The notes under the pieces were generated by a model, which was not told the DNA's origin, made no database searches, and was given only the letters and a program-made list of their open reading frames with translations. This document shows positions 25,528 through 36,810 of a stretch of 64,000 nucleotides of DNA, piece after piece (positions within the stretch are counted from its first letter, which is position 1; each line of letters begins with the position of its first letter). A program made the translations under genes and the position numbers. The stretch comes from Octopus vulgaris (taxonomy: Eukaryota). Where the stretch lies: contig OX597815.1 in assembly GCA_951406725.2 (NCBI GenBank), positions 115,506,001-115,570,000 on the forward strand, read 5' to 3'.

Positions 25528-25899
25528 GTACGTTTAAATATTTGTTGTGCAAGATTTTTTATGTGAAGTCGTGTGTTGAAACAGATATTGCTTTATTTCA
25601 GAATGGTCATATTGCCAGTTTAGCCAATAAAAACACACGCACTATATATTTGGTGTTATTTTGCTTCAGTGATATTTATTTTTTACATTAATCTTAGTAA
25701 GGAGAGACACAAATACAAAAGAAGAAAACAAAGGACCACTGATGCGGTCACAGGAGTGTGACGAAAGAACTCTGGCCGAAATAAGATTAAGATTAATGTA
25801 AAAAATAAATATCACTGAAGCAAAATAACACCAAATATATAGTGCATGTGTTTTTATTGGCTAAACTGGCAATATGACCATTCCGAAATATAACAATAA
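25528..25899. mobile_element. Fold-back element with hammerhead-like motif in the loop and 12-bp TSD
   Basis: Near-perfect inverted arms 25586-25696 / 25788-25898. Loop 25733-25778 reads GACCA-CTGATGC-G-GTCAC aggagt GTGAC-GAAA-G aa C-TC-TGGCC. TSD GTTATGATGACA at 25516-25527 and 25900-25911. Confidence 0.85.
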
Positions 25900-26031
25900 G
25901 TTATGATGACATATTGACTTAAATTTTTGATGTTTTAAAGAACAACAGATTAAAGATGTATCATATAAAAAAAAAATCAGCTTCAGCATATTCTAATTCC
26001 CTATCTTTATGTATACTTTTATTTCCTTAAG

Positions 26032-26170
26032 GCACATAATCTTACCCAGTCCCCAATGGCAGTTGTGACTAAGGCAGCACCTATATTATCTGAAAATACT
26101 TTTGTTGATATGATGCCCGTAGCATGGGAACTCATTTTGGAAAGTGATCAGGAATTGGCTGCTTCTGCAG
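26032..26170 (+). CDS. unc80: UNC80 internal exon (AHNLTQSPMAVVTKAAPILSENTFVDMMPVAWELILESDQELAASA)
   Basis: ttttatttccttaag acceptor (AAG), GTAAGA donor, 139 nt, phase 0-1; KAAPIL..PxAWELxL motif. Confidence 0.96.
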
Positions 26171-26514
26171 GTAAGACAGACATATTTTCTTGTTAAGTCA
26201 GTATATGAAAAATGCCATCCTTGCTTTTTACATGAAAAATATTAAAAAAAAACAGACTGGCTCTTGTTGACACCCTAGCACTTAACTATCTTATATGTTA
26301 CTCAAATTCAACTTGAAACTTACTTTCCATATACACCTTAGACTTTAATGAAAACAGCAAAACATTAGTCTAAATAAATTGATCCAAAACATGGTTAAGT
26401 TAAAGCTGGTAACATTTAATATTCTGAGTTCATTCTATCCAGTCAGAAACGATCTCACACACACACACATGCATGTATCCATTTTATTTCATATTAGCAT
26501 GGGTTAAATTAATA

Positions 26515-27085
26515 TATGAGGAGCAGTTAAAAAAGTGTCTGATTTTTATTTTTTTCCCACCAAAACTAATATCACATAGGCAAAATATTTTAAATGGGAG
26601 GTGATTCCATCCTTCCTGTGCATGCTTGAAAATCTTCACACTGGTGGGCCATATCAGTTCTCAGCTATTATGTTGAGAGTACAGACATATAGTCTGCACT
26701 CATCGAATTTTTGTTTTCATGCAAGATGACTGAACACATTGAGCATAGACCCATGTCTCATCATCATTGATGATGGTTTTCATGATGTCTCAGCCATGGT
26801 TTGCACTGTCCACGATGTTCTGAGTGACTTCCATGCAGTTTCTTTTGCTGCTCTGCCAGCACCTTGGGGACAAATTTTGCCGACACCCTCTGAATGCACA
26901 AATCCTCTATTACAATGGAATATGTTGAGCCTGTGCTTATTCTCACTTCTTGAGCAATTTCCTGGATTGTTACATGATGATCTTCCATGATATTTCCCCA
27001 AACCTTCTCAATCTATTCCAGGATCAGTACATTCCATTTTGATTTCCACCTACCAGACCTTCTCACAAGACACTTTCCAAAGGAG
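26515..27085. mobile_element. Rearranged mariner (DD34D-type) remnant
   Basis: TA-TGAGGAGCAGTTAAAAAAGT terminus and MTEHIE start on the plus strand, then minus-strand HTH region EDHHVTIQEIAQEVRISTGS..RVSAKFVPKVL. Confidence 0.7.
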
Positions 27086-27093
27086 CCACACAT

Positions 27094-27163
<70 letters not shown>

Positions 27164-27665
27164 AACAATTATATATAATAACATTATATAATTATATTAG
27201 GAAACTGAAAAAACCCTGCTCCAACATGTTGTAAGAATATGCCAAAAAACGTTATAAACCACCTTTAGCAACTGCAAAAATATGGGTTGTAGACGGGCAA
27301 ATGAAAAATACAAAATAAACTCCACAATAAATTGTGTATTGGTCCAATTTCAAGACTAAAGCAGTAAAATAGCTTATTTCCCATCCTCAGCACAATATTT
27401 AAAGAAACATAGTCACAAATATTTATACATACCCCCATGAAACAAATTTGTACAACCATGTGCAAATATCTGCGCTTATACTTTAAAATAAACTCAAATT
27501 TTTACTTTTCATTTCAGCTGTGTATTTTTTAAATCCAAAATATTGTATCTTTAGTTCCATTATTTACAATATCCCTGCATGTCTCACATCTGTTTTCATT
27601 CCTCCACTTCACTCTCTATTTCATATCTTATCTAGAATAACTATTGCTTAACCATCTTCTCATAC

Positions 27666-27715
27666 CGTCTCCAATGAAGGGATATATAAAATATCCCAGA
27701 AACAGCTGTAAGATC
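27666..27715 (+). ncRNA. Minimal PLE-type hammerhead motif (core CCAATGA, likely decayed from CCGATGA/CTGATGA)
   Basis: GTCT-CCAATGA-A-GGGATAT ataaa ATATCCC-A-GAAA-CAGCTG-TA-AGAT: 7-bp stem II, palindromic stem III ACAGCTGT, GUA site, stem I GTCT/AGAT. Confidence 0.7.
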
Positions 27716-28132
27716 TATTTATAAATGTTCTGAAATCTTTACAGCCTTGGATTTTTTTATCTCATTCTGTTAATTTTTTTATATATACACATGATGATAT
27801 ACGACCTACGTTGGACTCCTCATTCACATAATCACCAGACCTGGAGCTTAACTATAGTCTGTCCATAGCACTTACTCAGCATTACCTGACACCTTCTTGT
27901 CACCATCACCTCTCATAGCCTATTTATATATATATATATATGGAATATTGCATGTTTACAATTGTAACTTATTCATTGCTCTATTCATATCCTTACATTT
28001 GTATCATCATCAACTAATTTCCTTTTTCTAAAAAATACACTAACTTTTAACACAACTCAGTATATGTCTTAATAATATAAATTATCATCATACAACAAAC
28101 TAATCAACTAACATTTACTACTCCATTCTTAG

Positions 28133-28241
28133 CTACTGTGTTCCTGCTAACTTCTGTGAAGGCCCCAGATAAAGCACAAGCCATGCTTGTAAGAGAAATG
28201 CAGCATGAAGATGTTAACCATCGAATTAATTCCATTCTAAG
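28133..28241 (+). CDS. unc80: UNC80 internal exon (ATVFLLTSVKAPDKAQAMLVREMQHEDVNHRINSILR)
   Basis: ctccattcttag acceptor, GTTTGA donor, 109 nt, phase 1-2; aligns with human AAMFLLCAVKVPE..HHPETVQRLNAVLK. Confidence 0.95.
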
Positions 28242-28294
28242 GTTTGAAATTGATCTGTTTATTTGTTATTTATTTATTTATTTATCATTTTTTT

Positions 28295-28685
28295 ATCTTT
28301 TGATTGTTTCAGTCATAGGACTGTGGCCATGCTGGAGCACCACAGTAAAAGGTTTTGTCAAACAAATTGACCTCAGTACTTTTTTTCTAAGTCTGATACT
28401 TGTTCTGTTGATCCTTTTTTTTATTTTTGCTGAGCCACTAAGTTATGGAGATGTAAACAAGCCAACACTGGTCATCAAGTGGAAGGAATGGGATAAAGCA
28501 CAGAAAGACAGATACATGCACGCACACTCACAGAGGCTTCCACACAGTTTCTGTCTACTAAATTTACTCACAAGTTATAGTTCCATGCAGGGCTATAGCA
28601 GAACTTGCCCAAGGTGCTGTGTAATAGGACTGAACTCAAAACCACATAGTTCCAAAGCATGATTTTTAACTACACAACCAAACCT
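28295..28685 (-). mobile_element. tRNA-derived SINE, family 1 (diverged)
   Basis: GACTGTGGCCATGCTGGAGCAC..ACTTGCCCAAGGTGC..GGACTGAAC, reverse complement of family 1. Confidence 0.8.
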
Positions 28686-28689
28686 GATT

Positions 28690-29675
28690 TTGAATTCCAA
28701 GGTCAATAAAATACTTATCCGTAACAAACTGAGATAAATTTAACCAACTCTGCACCTTAAACCAACAAATTTATAGCCTTATGTTAAAGTTAAAAACCAT
28801 TCTTGTAGAACTGCTTGCAGTATTCTGTTATGGCTTTTTATTTTCTCAGTTCAAATTCTGTTAAAAGGTTCATTTAGCTATCCATCCTGCATTTGTATCC
28901 CATTGCAGTCAATTTTGCATCCTTATGTGATCAATATAATAAAATTCTGCTCAAATACTAAAGATAAAAGGTAAAGATCCTCTTCGGTCATGAATGACCA
29001 TGGGATTGCACCTACAATGTTACCCTTTGAAGCACAAGCCTGGGCAAGGTTGTGAAGGCTTGTGGCTCAGTGGTTAAAGTGTTGGGTTTGTGGGTTGTGC
29101 TCTTGAGCAAGACACTTTATTTCATGTTGCTCCAGTTTACTCAGCTGTAGAAATGAGTTGTGACATCACTGGTGCCAAGCTGTATCCACCTTTGCTTTTC
29201 CCTTGGATAACATTGGTGGCATGGAGAGGGGAGACTGGTATGCATGGGTGACTGCTGATCTTCCATAAACAACCTTGCCCGGACTTATGCTTCAGAGGGT
29301 AACTTTCTAGGTGCAATCCCTTAGTCATTCATGACCAAAGTGGGTCTCTTCTTCTCAATTTAATTACCTTGTCACCTCCCTCAAATTTCAGACCTTGTGA
29401 CTATAGTGGAAACAATCATTATTATTATCATTATGATTATGGTTATGATTATTAAGGTGGCAAGCTAGCAGAATAATTAGCATGCTTGGTTAGATGCTTG
29501 GCAGTATTTTGTCCATCTTCATGTTCTGAGTTCAAATTCCACTGAGGTCGACTTTGCCTTTCATCCTTTCTGGGTCGGTAATGTAAGTACCAACTGAGTA
29601 CTGTGGTCGATGTGATCGACTTACCCCTCCCCCAAATTTCAGGCCTTGTGCCTATAGTAAAAAGAATCATTATTA

Positions 29676-29727
<52 letters not shown>

Positions 29728-29908
29728 GTAAATGCTTAGTGATATTTCTTCTTGTTCTATATGTTCTGAGCTCAAATCCTGTCAAAGTCAACTTTGCCTT
29801 TCCTCCTTACAGGATTGATAAAATAAAGTACAATTTAAATACTGGGGTTGTAATTGAATTACTTCTTTCCCTTTAAAATTGTTGGCCTTGTACCAAAATT
29901 AAAAAGTA

Positions 29909-29955
<47 letters not shown>

Positions 29956-29985
29956 TTCATTATCATTATCATTATTATTATTATC
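28690..29985 (+). mobile_element. Cluster of co-oriented family-2 SINEs with (ATT)n tails and a nested fold-back SINE (28974-29350)
   Basis: Best copy 29455-29670 (GAGTTCAAATTCC..GTCGACTTTGCCTTTCATCC..AATTTCAGGCCTTGTGCC); further copies near 28690, 28830 and 29740. Confidence 0.8.
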
Positions 29986-29994
29986 TTGTTTCAG

Positions 29995-30067
29995 ATTTGG
30001 TACACTTTGGCAATTTCGCTACCAAGTATGGCCTCGCATGGAAGAAGGTGCAAACAATATCTTTAAG
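29995..30067 (+). CDS. unc80: UNC80 internal exon (FGTLWQFRYQVWPRMEEGANNIFK)
   Basis: tcttgtttcag acceptor, GTAAAT donor, 73 nt, phase 2-0; nearly identical to human FHTLWRFRYQVWPRMEEGAQQIFK. Confidence 0.98.
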
Positions 30068-30464
30068 GTAAATTAATGAACCCATGGTAATAGTTGCACA
30101 CAGCAGTTATTACTTTGAATTATGTTTGTCTTTTATGAAATGTATGTGGAAATGACTTAATAGAGAAAGTATTGGGCAACCAAATCAAAAGTTCTGAGCT
30201 CTGATTCATTTTAAGTACATTATTATTATGTCTCTGCATACTATACTTAATTCTGATTGTCAGGACAGCTGGGAAAGTTATCTTATCTACTTAGAGATTT
30301 GTACCATCTTGCATTCTCAAAACTATGAAACTGTGAAAACATTTTTATCATTAAGTGATTGGGTGGAGTCCTGTGATTATGAATTCAAATATGAATGCAT
30401 ATTGCATTGTAGCTTTAGACAAGGTATATTACTTAACTGTGTTCAATCTGTATATGTACATATC

Positions 30465-30506
<42 letters not shown>

Positions 30507-31169
30507 ATACCGTCCAACCCATGATAGCATGGAAAGCGGATGCTAAACGATGATGATGATGATGATATATATATATATATATATATACACACAATCATCA
30601 TTTAACAACTATTTTCCATGTTGTCATGGGTTAGATTGTTTGATAGGATCCGACAAGCTGCAGGACAGCATTGAGCTTTAGCAGTAGATGAAAAACAAGG
30701 GTGAAAGTGTGGTTAATGGTAATTATCAGTAAAAAGTAGAAAGGTGAGAGAGAGAAAAAATGGCTCAGGAAGGAGGTGATGACAAGTAGCAGCAAATTGC
30801 TTATCATCTCAATTCTTTGTCATCTCCTCCATGAGGCTCAACATTTTGAAATCAACCTTCACTACTTCATCCCATGGTTAATTATACATATTATACATTA
30901 TATAATGTAAACTTACATTCTTATTAAAATTAAATTACATAGATATGCACATACACATATGTATCTGTGTGGGTGAGTGTGTTAATGTATGTGCATGTAT
31001 GTGTGTATTCTAATAAAATTGATTTATTTGTTGTATGCATAACACATTTATATTTATCCATGCCAGTTTGAAGAAACCGGTGTTAAAAATTATGATTGTG
31101 TTGATGTATATATACACATACATATATTTACTTAGGTGTTATATGTGTATATTTCTCATTATTTGCTAG

Positions 31170-31304
31170 GTCCCTCCACCAAATATCGACTTTACTTTGC
31201 CTTCACCAACAATTGGATTACCTAGTCAAACTGTTATAGATCCTCCATGGAAACCACTTTTTAAAGCAAAGATTGAGGAAGTTACATTAAATCAAGAAGA
31301 AACA
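31170..31304 (+). CDS. unc80: UNC80 internal exon (VPPPNIDFTLPSPTIGLPSQTVIDPPWKPLFKAKIEEVTLNQEET)
   Basis: atttgctag acceptor, GTATGT donor, 135 nt, phase 0-0; human IPPPSINFTLPSPVLGMPS..DPPW. Confidence 0.97.
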
Positions 31305-31706
31305 GTATGTATTATGTTTTTTGTCTGTTTTTATGTTACTTATTTTTTTTTTTTAATGTTGACAATCATTGTAAAAGGGTGAAATGTAGAGTTGGAGAGG
31401 CCCAAAGTTATGAGATCCTTTAGAAACTTTATCTAACAATTATTAACATAACTGTGTAACTGAATTGGAGAAAAATGCTACCAAATTGCTAAAGAAATAT
31501 ATGCTAGGAGGAAAGGCTTACTTCTTTAGAACTTAAAATATTTTTTTAATTATTGTTTCGAGATATTTGTCAATAGCAAAATAATACTGGAAATTTATTC
31601 TCAATGATTAAATGCATTTAATTCTTAAGATTAAAATGTTCCTCATTCAAACGAATTTGACATTGAATATATAAATGAAAGTAGTTAGGCAGTTCCTAAT
31701 CATTTA

Positions 31707-32620
31707 TACAAAGTCTCTATTGAAAATTTCTGGCTTGACTTACAATTTAATCAAAATCGTCCCCCTTTAAAATAGAACCCTCCACTCTTGCTACAATACT
31801 CCCAAAGTTCTTACCAGTTTTGGAATATGTCCTGAAAAGCTTTTTCTCAAATAATGTACAGATCTTATGGTGAATTTTCTTCAATCTCTTTGTGTAAAAG
31901 TGGCAACCTTTCATAGTGGATTTGGAGACAAAAATAGTAATAGATAAGGTATAACATTTGAGCAAATGCATTCCTATGATGAAATATCTAGATTTTCTTT
32001 GTCTAAGCCTCTTCTTTCATACTGCCTCCCTCAAATGCTTCAGGACATTCAACTATATCTTTTTATTGATTGCCTGACCACATGGAGCAAATTTATGAGT
32101 TAATTTGCTCTGTCAATCAAAACAGAGAGTCAACATCACCTTGACATTTAAGAAACTGTGACATGTATTTTTACATTGCAGCAGCAATAATCTAACCTAC
32201 TGCAATGACTGCCTTTCTGTTTTGACATCGTAGTTGTACATCCATGTTTCATCACCTCCTACATTTTCAGAAATTTTCACCAGTAATTGAACAAACAAAC
32301 AGACTCTGATCATGACTCAGTTCTCTTTTTGTTCACCTACAAGCAGATATGACAAATTTTGTGGTAACACAACACCTTTGCAATTTTTTTGTAAAAATCA
32401 TGTGACACAAATTTTTACAGATGCTTACTTCTTCAGCAGTTTCATGGACAAGCAATGATTTTCACTGATTACTGCATACACTTTTGAAATGTGATTACTG
32501 TATGTTGGCAGACAAAAGATTCTCCATAGAGGTTTGTTGCCACATTAGAAAAGTTCCCTTAAAAATTTTTACCACTTCAAAACATGATTCATTATTCCAC
32601 TTGTGACAAATTGACAATAC
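31707..32620 (-). mobile_element. Highly degenerate mariner transposon
   Basis: Minus-strand C-terminus resembling W..C...GxYFEGD, and DETWMY..DVKTERQS-like debris (GGTGATGAAACATGGATGTAC) near 32235-32260. Confidence 0.6.
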
Positions 32621-33354
32621 TAAACGTAGCTTCACTTTAGCATGTGTAGATCAATGAAGGTGTGATAATAGCCATGTTGTGGCCATTATCCCATCTAAGG
32701 TCAAGATTATCCTTACACAACACTACCTTCATGAGCACACTGCATTGGCTGACTGGTCGGTGCACTAATTTTATTATTCTGATTTCTTTCTGAACATATC
32801 TAATACATTAAAAAATTGCTAGTACGTAAAGATTAACAAAATTAAAAGATCATTGCAGACATTATGAAAATACAATTATTATCATAGTTTAAAAAATACC
32901 CAGCTAAGTAACAAGTTTAGCTCACACCAAAATATAATTATTAACAAGGCTCTTACCAAAGCATAAAATCAAGTAAACAAGTTTAATTGGTTCCAGCAAA
33001 ACAGTGGAAACAACAGCAACAACAAAAGCAGAATCAAAAGTGTCTCTAAATGGTCACTCAGTCAGCAAGAAATAGCAGCTAAATCTCACTCAAATATGAA
33101 CCTCTCATAAGAGAAAAGACACACTGATTATTGTGATCCTTGTACACTGAGTCTCCCCAAAAGACACAGATCTGCTGAATCAAAAGTGATCTCAACTAAA
33201 CTACAACCTTAGGAATATTTGAAGTATGTAATGTGAAAGATTGGTATTTTAGTATTTATATATATATATAACATATTCCAGTGAATTATTCCCTGAGATT
33301 TCCTCCAATATCATTAACATAAATATCTGTTTCTTGTTAATCTGATATATTCAG

Positions 33355-33541
33355 AAAACTTTAGTAACTGCAACAACCACTCGTCGCAAACAACAGCAAG
33401 AAATGATTCTGCGTGCGCTGCGTGCTGAAGAAGAACGCAAGAGAATTGGCCGTGAAAATTTCCCACTGACCACTACTCCAGTATTGCAACTTGCCGCTTA
33501 TGAACCTGCCCTTCATCATGTTAGTGAAGACCATGAAGAAG
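33355..33541 (+). CDS. unc80: UNC80 internal exon (KTLVTATTTRRKQQQEMILRALRAEEERKRIGRENFPLTTTPVLQLAAYEPALHHVSEDHEE)
   Basis: atattcag acceptor, GTAACC donor, 187 nt, phase 0-1; human QEEEKKRLGREASLITAIPITQEACYEP. Confidence 0.96.
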
Positions 33542-36345
33542 GTAACCTCGAACCCCTTTACTTTGTATACTGTATACAAATATTTTTTCATTTTTTTTTA
33601 TGTATGTATTTTCAATGGTAAATTTGAGAATTTAACCATACACAAAGATTGCTTTATTATTTCAGCCTTTTAGTTATGCTGTATCAATATATTTGATTGA
33701 TTTGGAAGCTGTTAATAAGGAAAATCTGGTAGTAGCTCAGGAGATGTTTAAAGAAATTTTGAAAATTTTTGAAATGAATATTATTACTGTTTAACAGTTA
33801 TTTTTCCATAGTGATGCTGGTTGGATGGTTTTCCTCTTCAACATCTCTCCATGCATTTCAAGCTTGTGCTATTTCATTTGTAAAGCTCAACATTCTTAGG
33901 TGTGACTTAACTGCTTCTTCATTTGTCTGACTTCATTTATCTGCCATTGGATCTTTTTGATCTTTTACACCCTTTATTTATTCCCAATTTAAATTACAGT
34001 CAAATTTCACTCAAAGTGCACCATAGCACATTGAATTTGCAAAGGGCACATTGAATAATGTTGTCCAAGCTTTATTCCTGAAGAGATAGAGCTGTTATGG
34101 TAAAAATATTTTTACCTATTCAGGACTGACATGGATTAAACAAGATCATCATACCACCTTAATAATTCTCTCCTATAAACATAAGAAAATATATTTGTAC
34201 TCTACTTATTTAATAAAGTAATATTAGTTATCATAAATTGATACTACATATCATAAAAGTAAAAATCATATACCTAGTGGACTATCATCATCAAATCTCT
34301 ATTCATTTGTTACACCTTCTCTGAAATTACTGCTGTTTTTCACTGACATACAGTAACACACATTTTACACATCTCAGTTTTCAACCTCATAGTTTTCTTT
34401 TTCTCCTTTTGTTATTTTCAATTGTGAGCAATAGGCTATTTGACACAGGGCTTTCAAAATAGAAATGCAATGTGCATATGATAGTACGCTTAAAGTGTGC
34501 AGAAGATGTATGTGCAAAGTACCAAAGAGGGTTGTAAAAGACTGTGCTCAGTTATGAAATACTTAGCTGAATAAAAGGTAATCTGTACAGATGAAAATAT
34601 TTTTTTAATCTACCTTCAACACTAATGATGTGATGTAGGTAACAGAATTTTACTTCTTCTAGTAAGCCATCAAAGAACTTGTTGGTCTTCAGTTTGTAGA
34701 TGCTCATTCCGATTCATACTCTTGTTCATCTAAAATTCTGTTTGCTACTTAGCTTACCAGAAGTTCTACCGTTTCTTTGTGGAGCAGAGTCTCGTTACCC
34801 ATGATATTGGACTCTTTCATTTGCTAATTACTTTATCTTCACCATGTTAGATCTCTAAGCCTTCCAGTGTTTTGAATTTTATTGAATTTATTTTGAATAG
34901 ATTCTATAAATCAAAATTATCATCAGCAAACATGAGTTTCAAAATAATGAAGTCTCAAACTTTATTTGATGCCCTTAGAACTTAAGATGAAGAGGAAAGA
35001 GATTTTGTGGACAGTCATATGAGCACTAAATTTTTCTATGTTTACTTTTGATTTTGAATTTATTTTCAACATTTGCATAGATGACTGGAGTTCAGCTTAC
35101 ACACACACACATGTAGACACACACAAATGTATGATAATCATAAAATCATAAAATATAGAAGAAATGTGGTAACTGTATATTAACTGACCCTGGATCTCCT
35201 AGCAAATGGCTAGCACTCTCCACTAATTGGCCCTTGTTGGTGATCAATGGCAGATAATGCAGAAGTAGATCATTAAATTGGCAGAATCAAGTAAATAGAG
35301 CTGATATATCAGTGTTGGTGAAAAGAAACTTGGAGGTTGTTGGCTGAAGAAGCTCATCTCACATCTCACATTCCTGTATGGAAAATAAAGTATCAAATAT
35401 GATGATAATGATCAAAATAATTATTTAAGCTGCTTGGATCAGATTTTATTTTATGTTTTGATAATTGAGAAATTTGTGGTAAGTTTTAGTATTTTTTTTA
35501 AATGTATATTTTCAATAATAATTTGAATGCTATGTTTCTCAGGAACTTTTTTTTATTGTTTGTTTCAACATAACATTTATCTAACCATGTTGTTGTAAAT
35601 GCTTATACTGTTTGTTGCCTTGTTTGATGCATCTTAATGTGATGTATGCATTATATTGTGGGATTACTAAAAACAATGCATTCATATTAGTTCTGTATAT
35701 ATATATTTATATATATTATATCTTGTTTGAATAATTGATAACTTGTATGACATTTCATTTTTTTAATGTTTTTCTTTCTGCTTTTCATTACTAAATATTC
35801 TTGGAATAGTTATTAATTACTACAATACAATTTATTAATATTTATTACAATATATAAACATCATATATAAAAAAAATGATTTCTCACACAAATACAAGAC
35901 CAGAGTAATTAATAAATTTTGATATAACTTGATTTTATATTTGTTACTAAATTGATGAAATAACTTTTCAATTAATTTTGATTTTTGATTGAATAATAAA
36001 ATTATAAATTTTTGTTTAAACTATTGAACCTTCAACTCCAAAATTTTTATGTTGACAGATTTTTGCACAAACACCTAAAGGGGACAAAAATGTACAAAAA
36101 TTCATGATCTCAGGGTTTTATTGTATAGAGTATTGCTTTCAAATTTTATAAAAACAATTCTCTACCTTCAAATTAATACTGAGCAATTAGGTTTCATATT
36201 AATTCATTTATTTCTTTTATCGACTTTATATATAACTGAGTATGTTTATATATCCACCAACTGAAGAATGTCAACAGGATTGTAAATATTCTGATTCTTT
36301 TATCTTTGTTTGTTGGGTGGTACAATGTTTTTATTCCTCTTTCAG

Positions 36346-36369
36346 TCATATCTTTGACTTCAGCTCTCG
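36346..36369 (+). CDS. unc80: Candidate 24-nt UNC80 microexon (VISLTSAL)
   Basis: tgtttttattcctctttcag / TCATATCTTTGACTTCAGCTCTCG / GTGAGT; phase 1-1, no stop. No homology or transcript support available to me. Confidence 0.55.
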
Positions 36370-36664
36370 GTGAGTAAGCTCATAGCTTTTAAATATTGTC
36401 CCTAATGCATATGTCTAGTAAAAAAAATAGGGGCTAAACTTTTCTTTAATATCACACAGACACTCAGTACATGACTCACATTTAGAAAATTTGATGAATT
36501 CACATTATTGTATGTATTATACACCTAACAGCCACATACAGCAATATATTGATGATGATGTTAATAATGAATGTAGATTATAGACAGTATAATTTGAAGA
36601 TAATTGTATACATTGAAAATATACATTTGTTTGGTTATGCAAAGAAAACATTCAGTAATAACAA

Positions 36665-36810
36665 CAATTAGGAAGGGCATCCAGCCATAGAAACATTGCC
36701 AGATCAGACTGGGCCTGGTGCAGCCTTCTGGCTTCCCAGACCCCAGTTGAACCATCCAACCCATGCTAGCATGGAAAGCGGATGCTAAACGATGATGATG
36801 ATCATCATCA
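36665..36810 (+). mobile_element. RTE 3' UTR-derived short fragment with (GAT)n tail
   Basis: Matches 55842-55978. Confidence 0.8.

Noticed and set aside
28242-28662. Extension of the 174-aa ORF beyond the unc80 exon
   Set aside because: Read-through into intron and an antisense SINE; UNC80 similarity resumes only at 29995.
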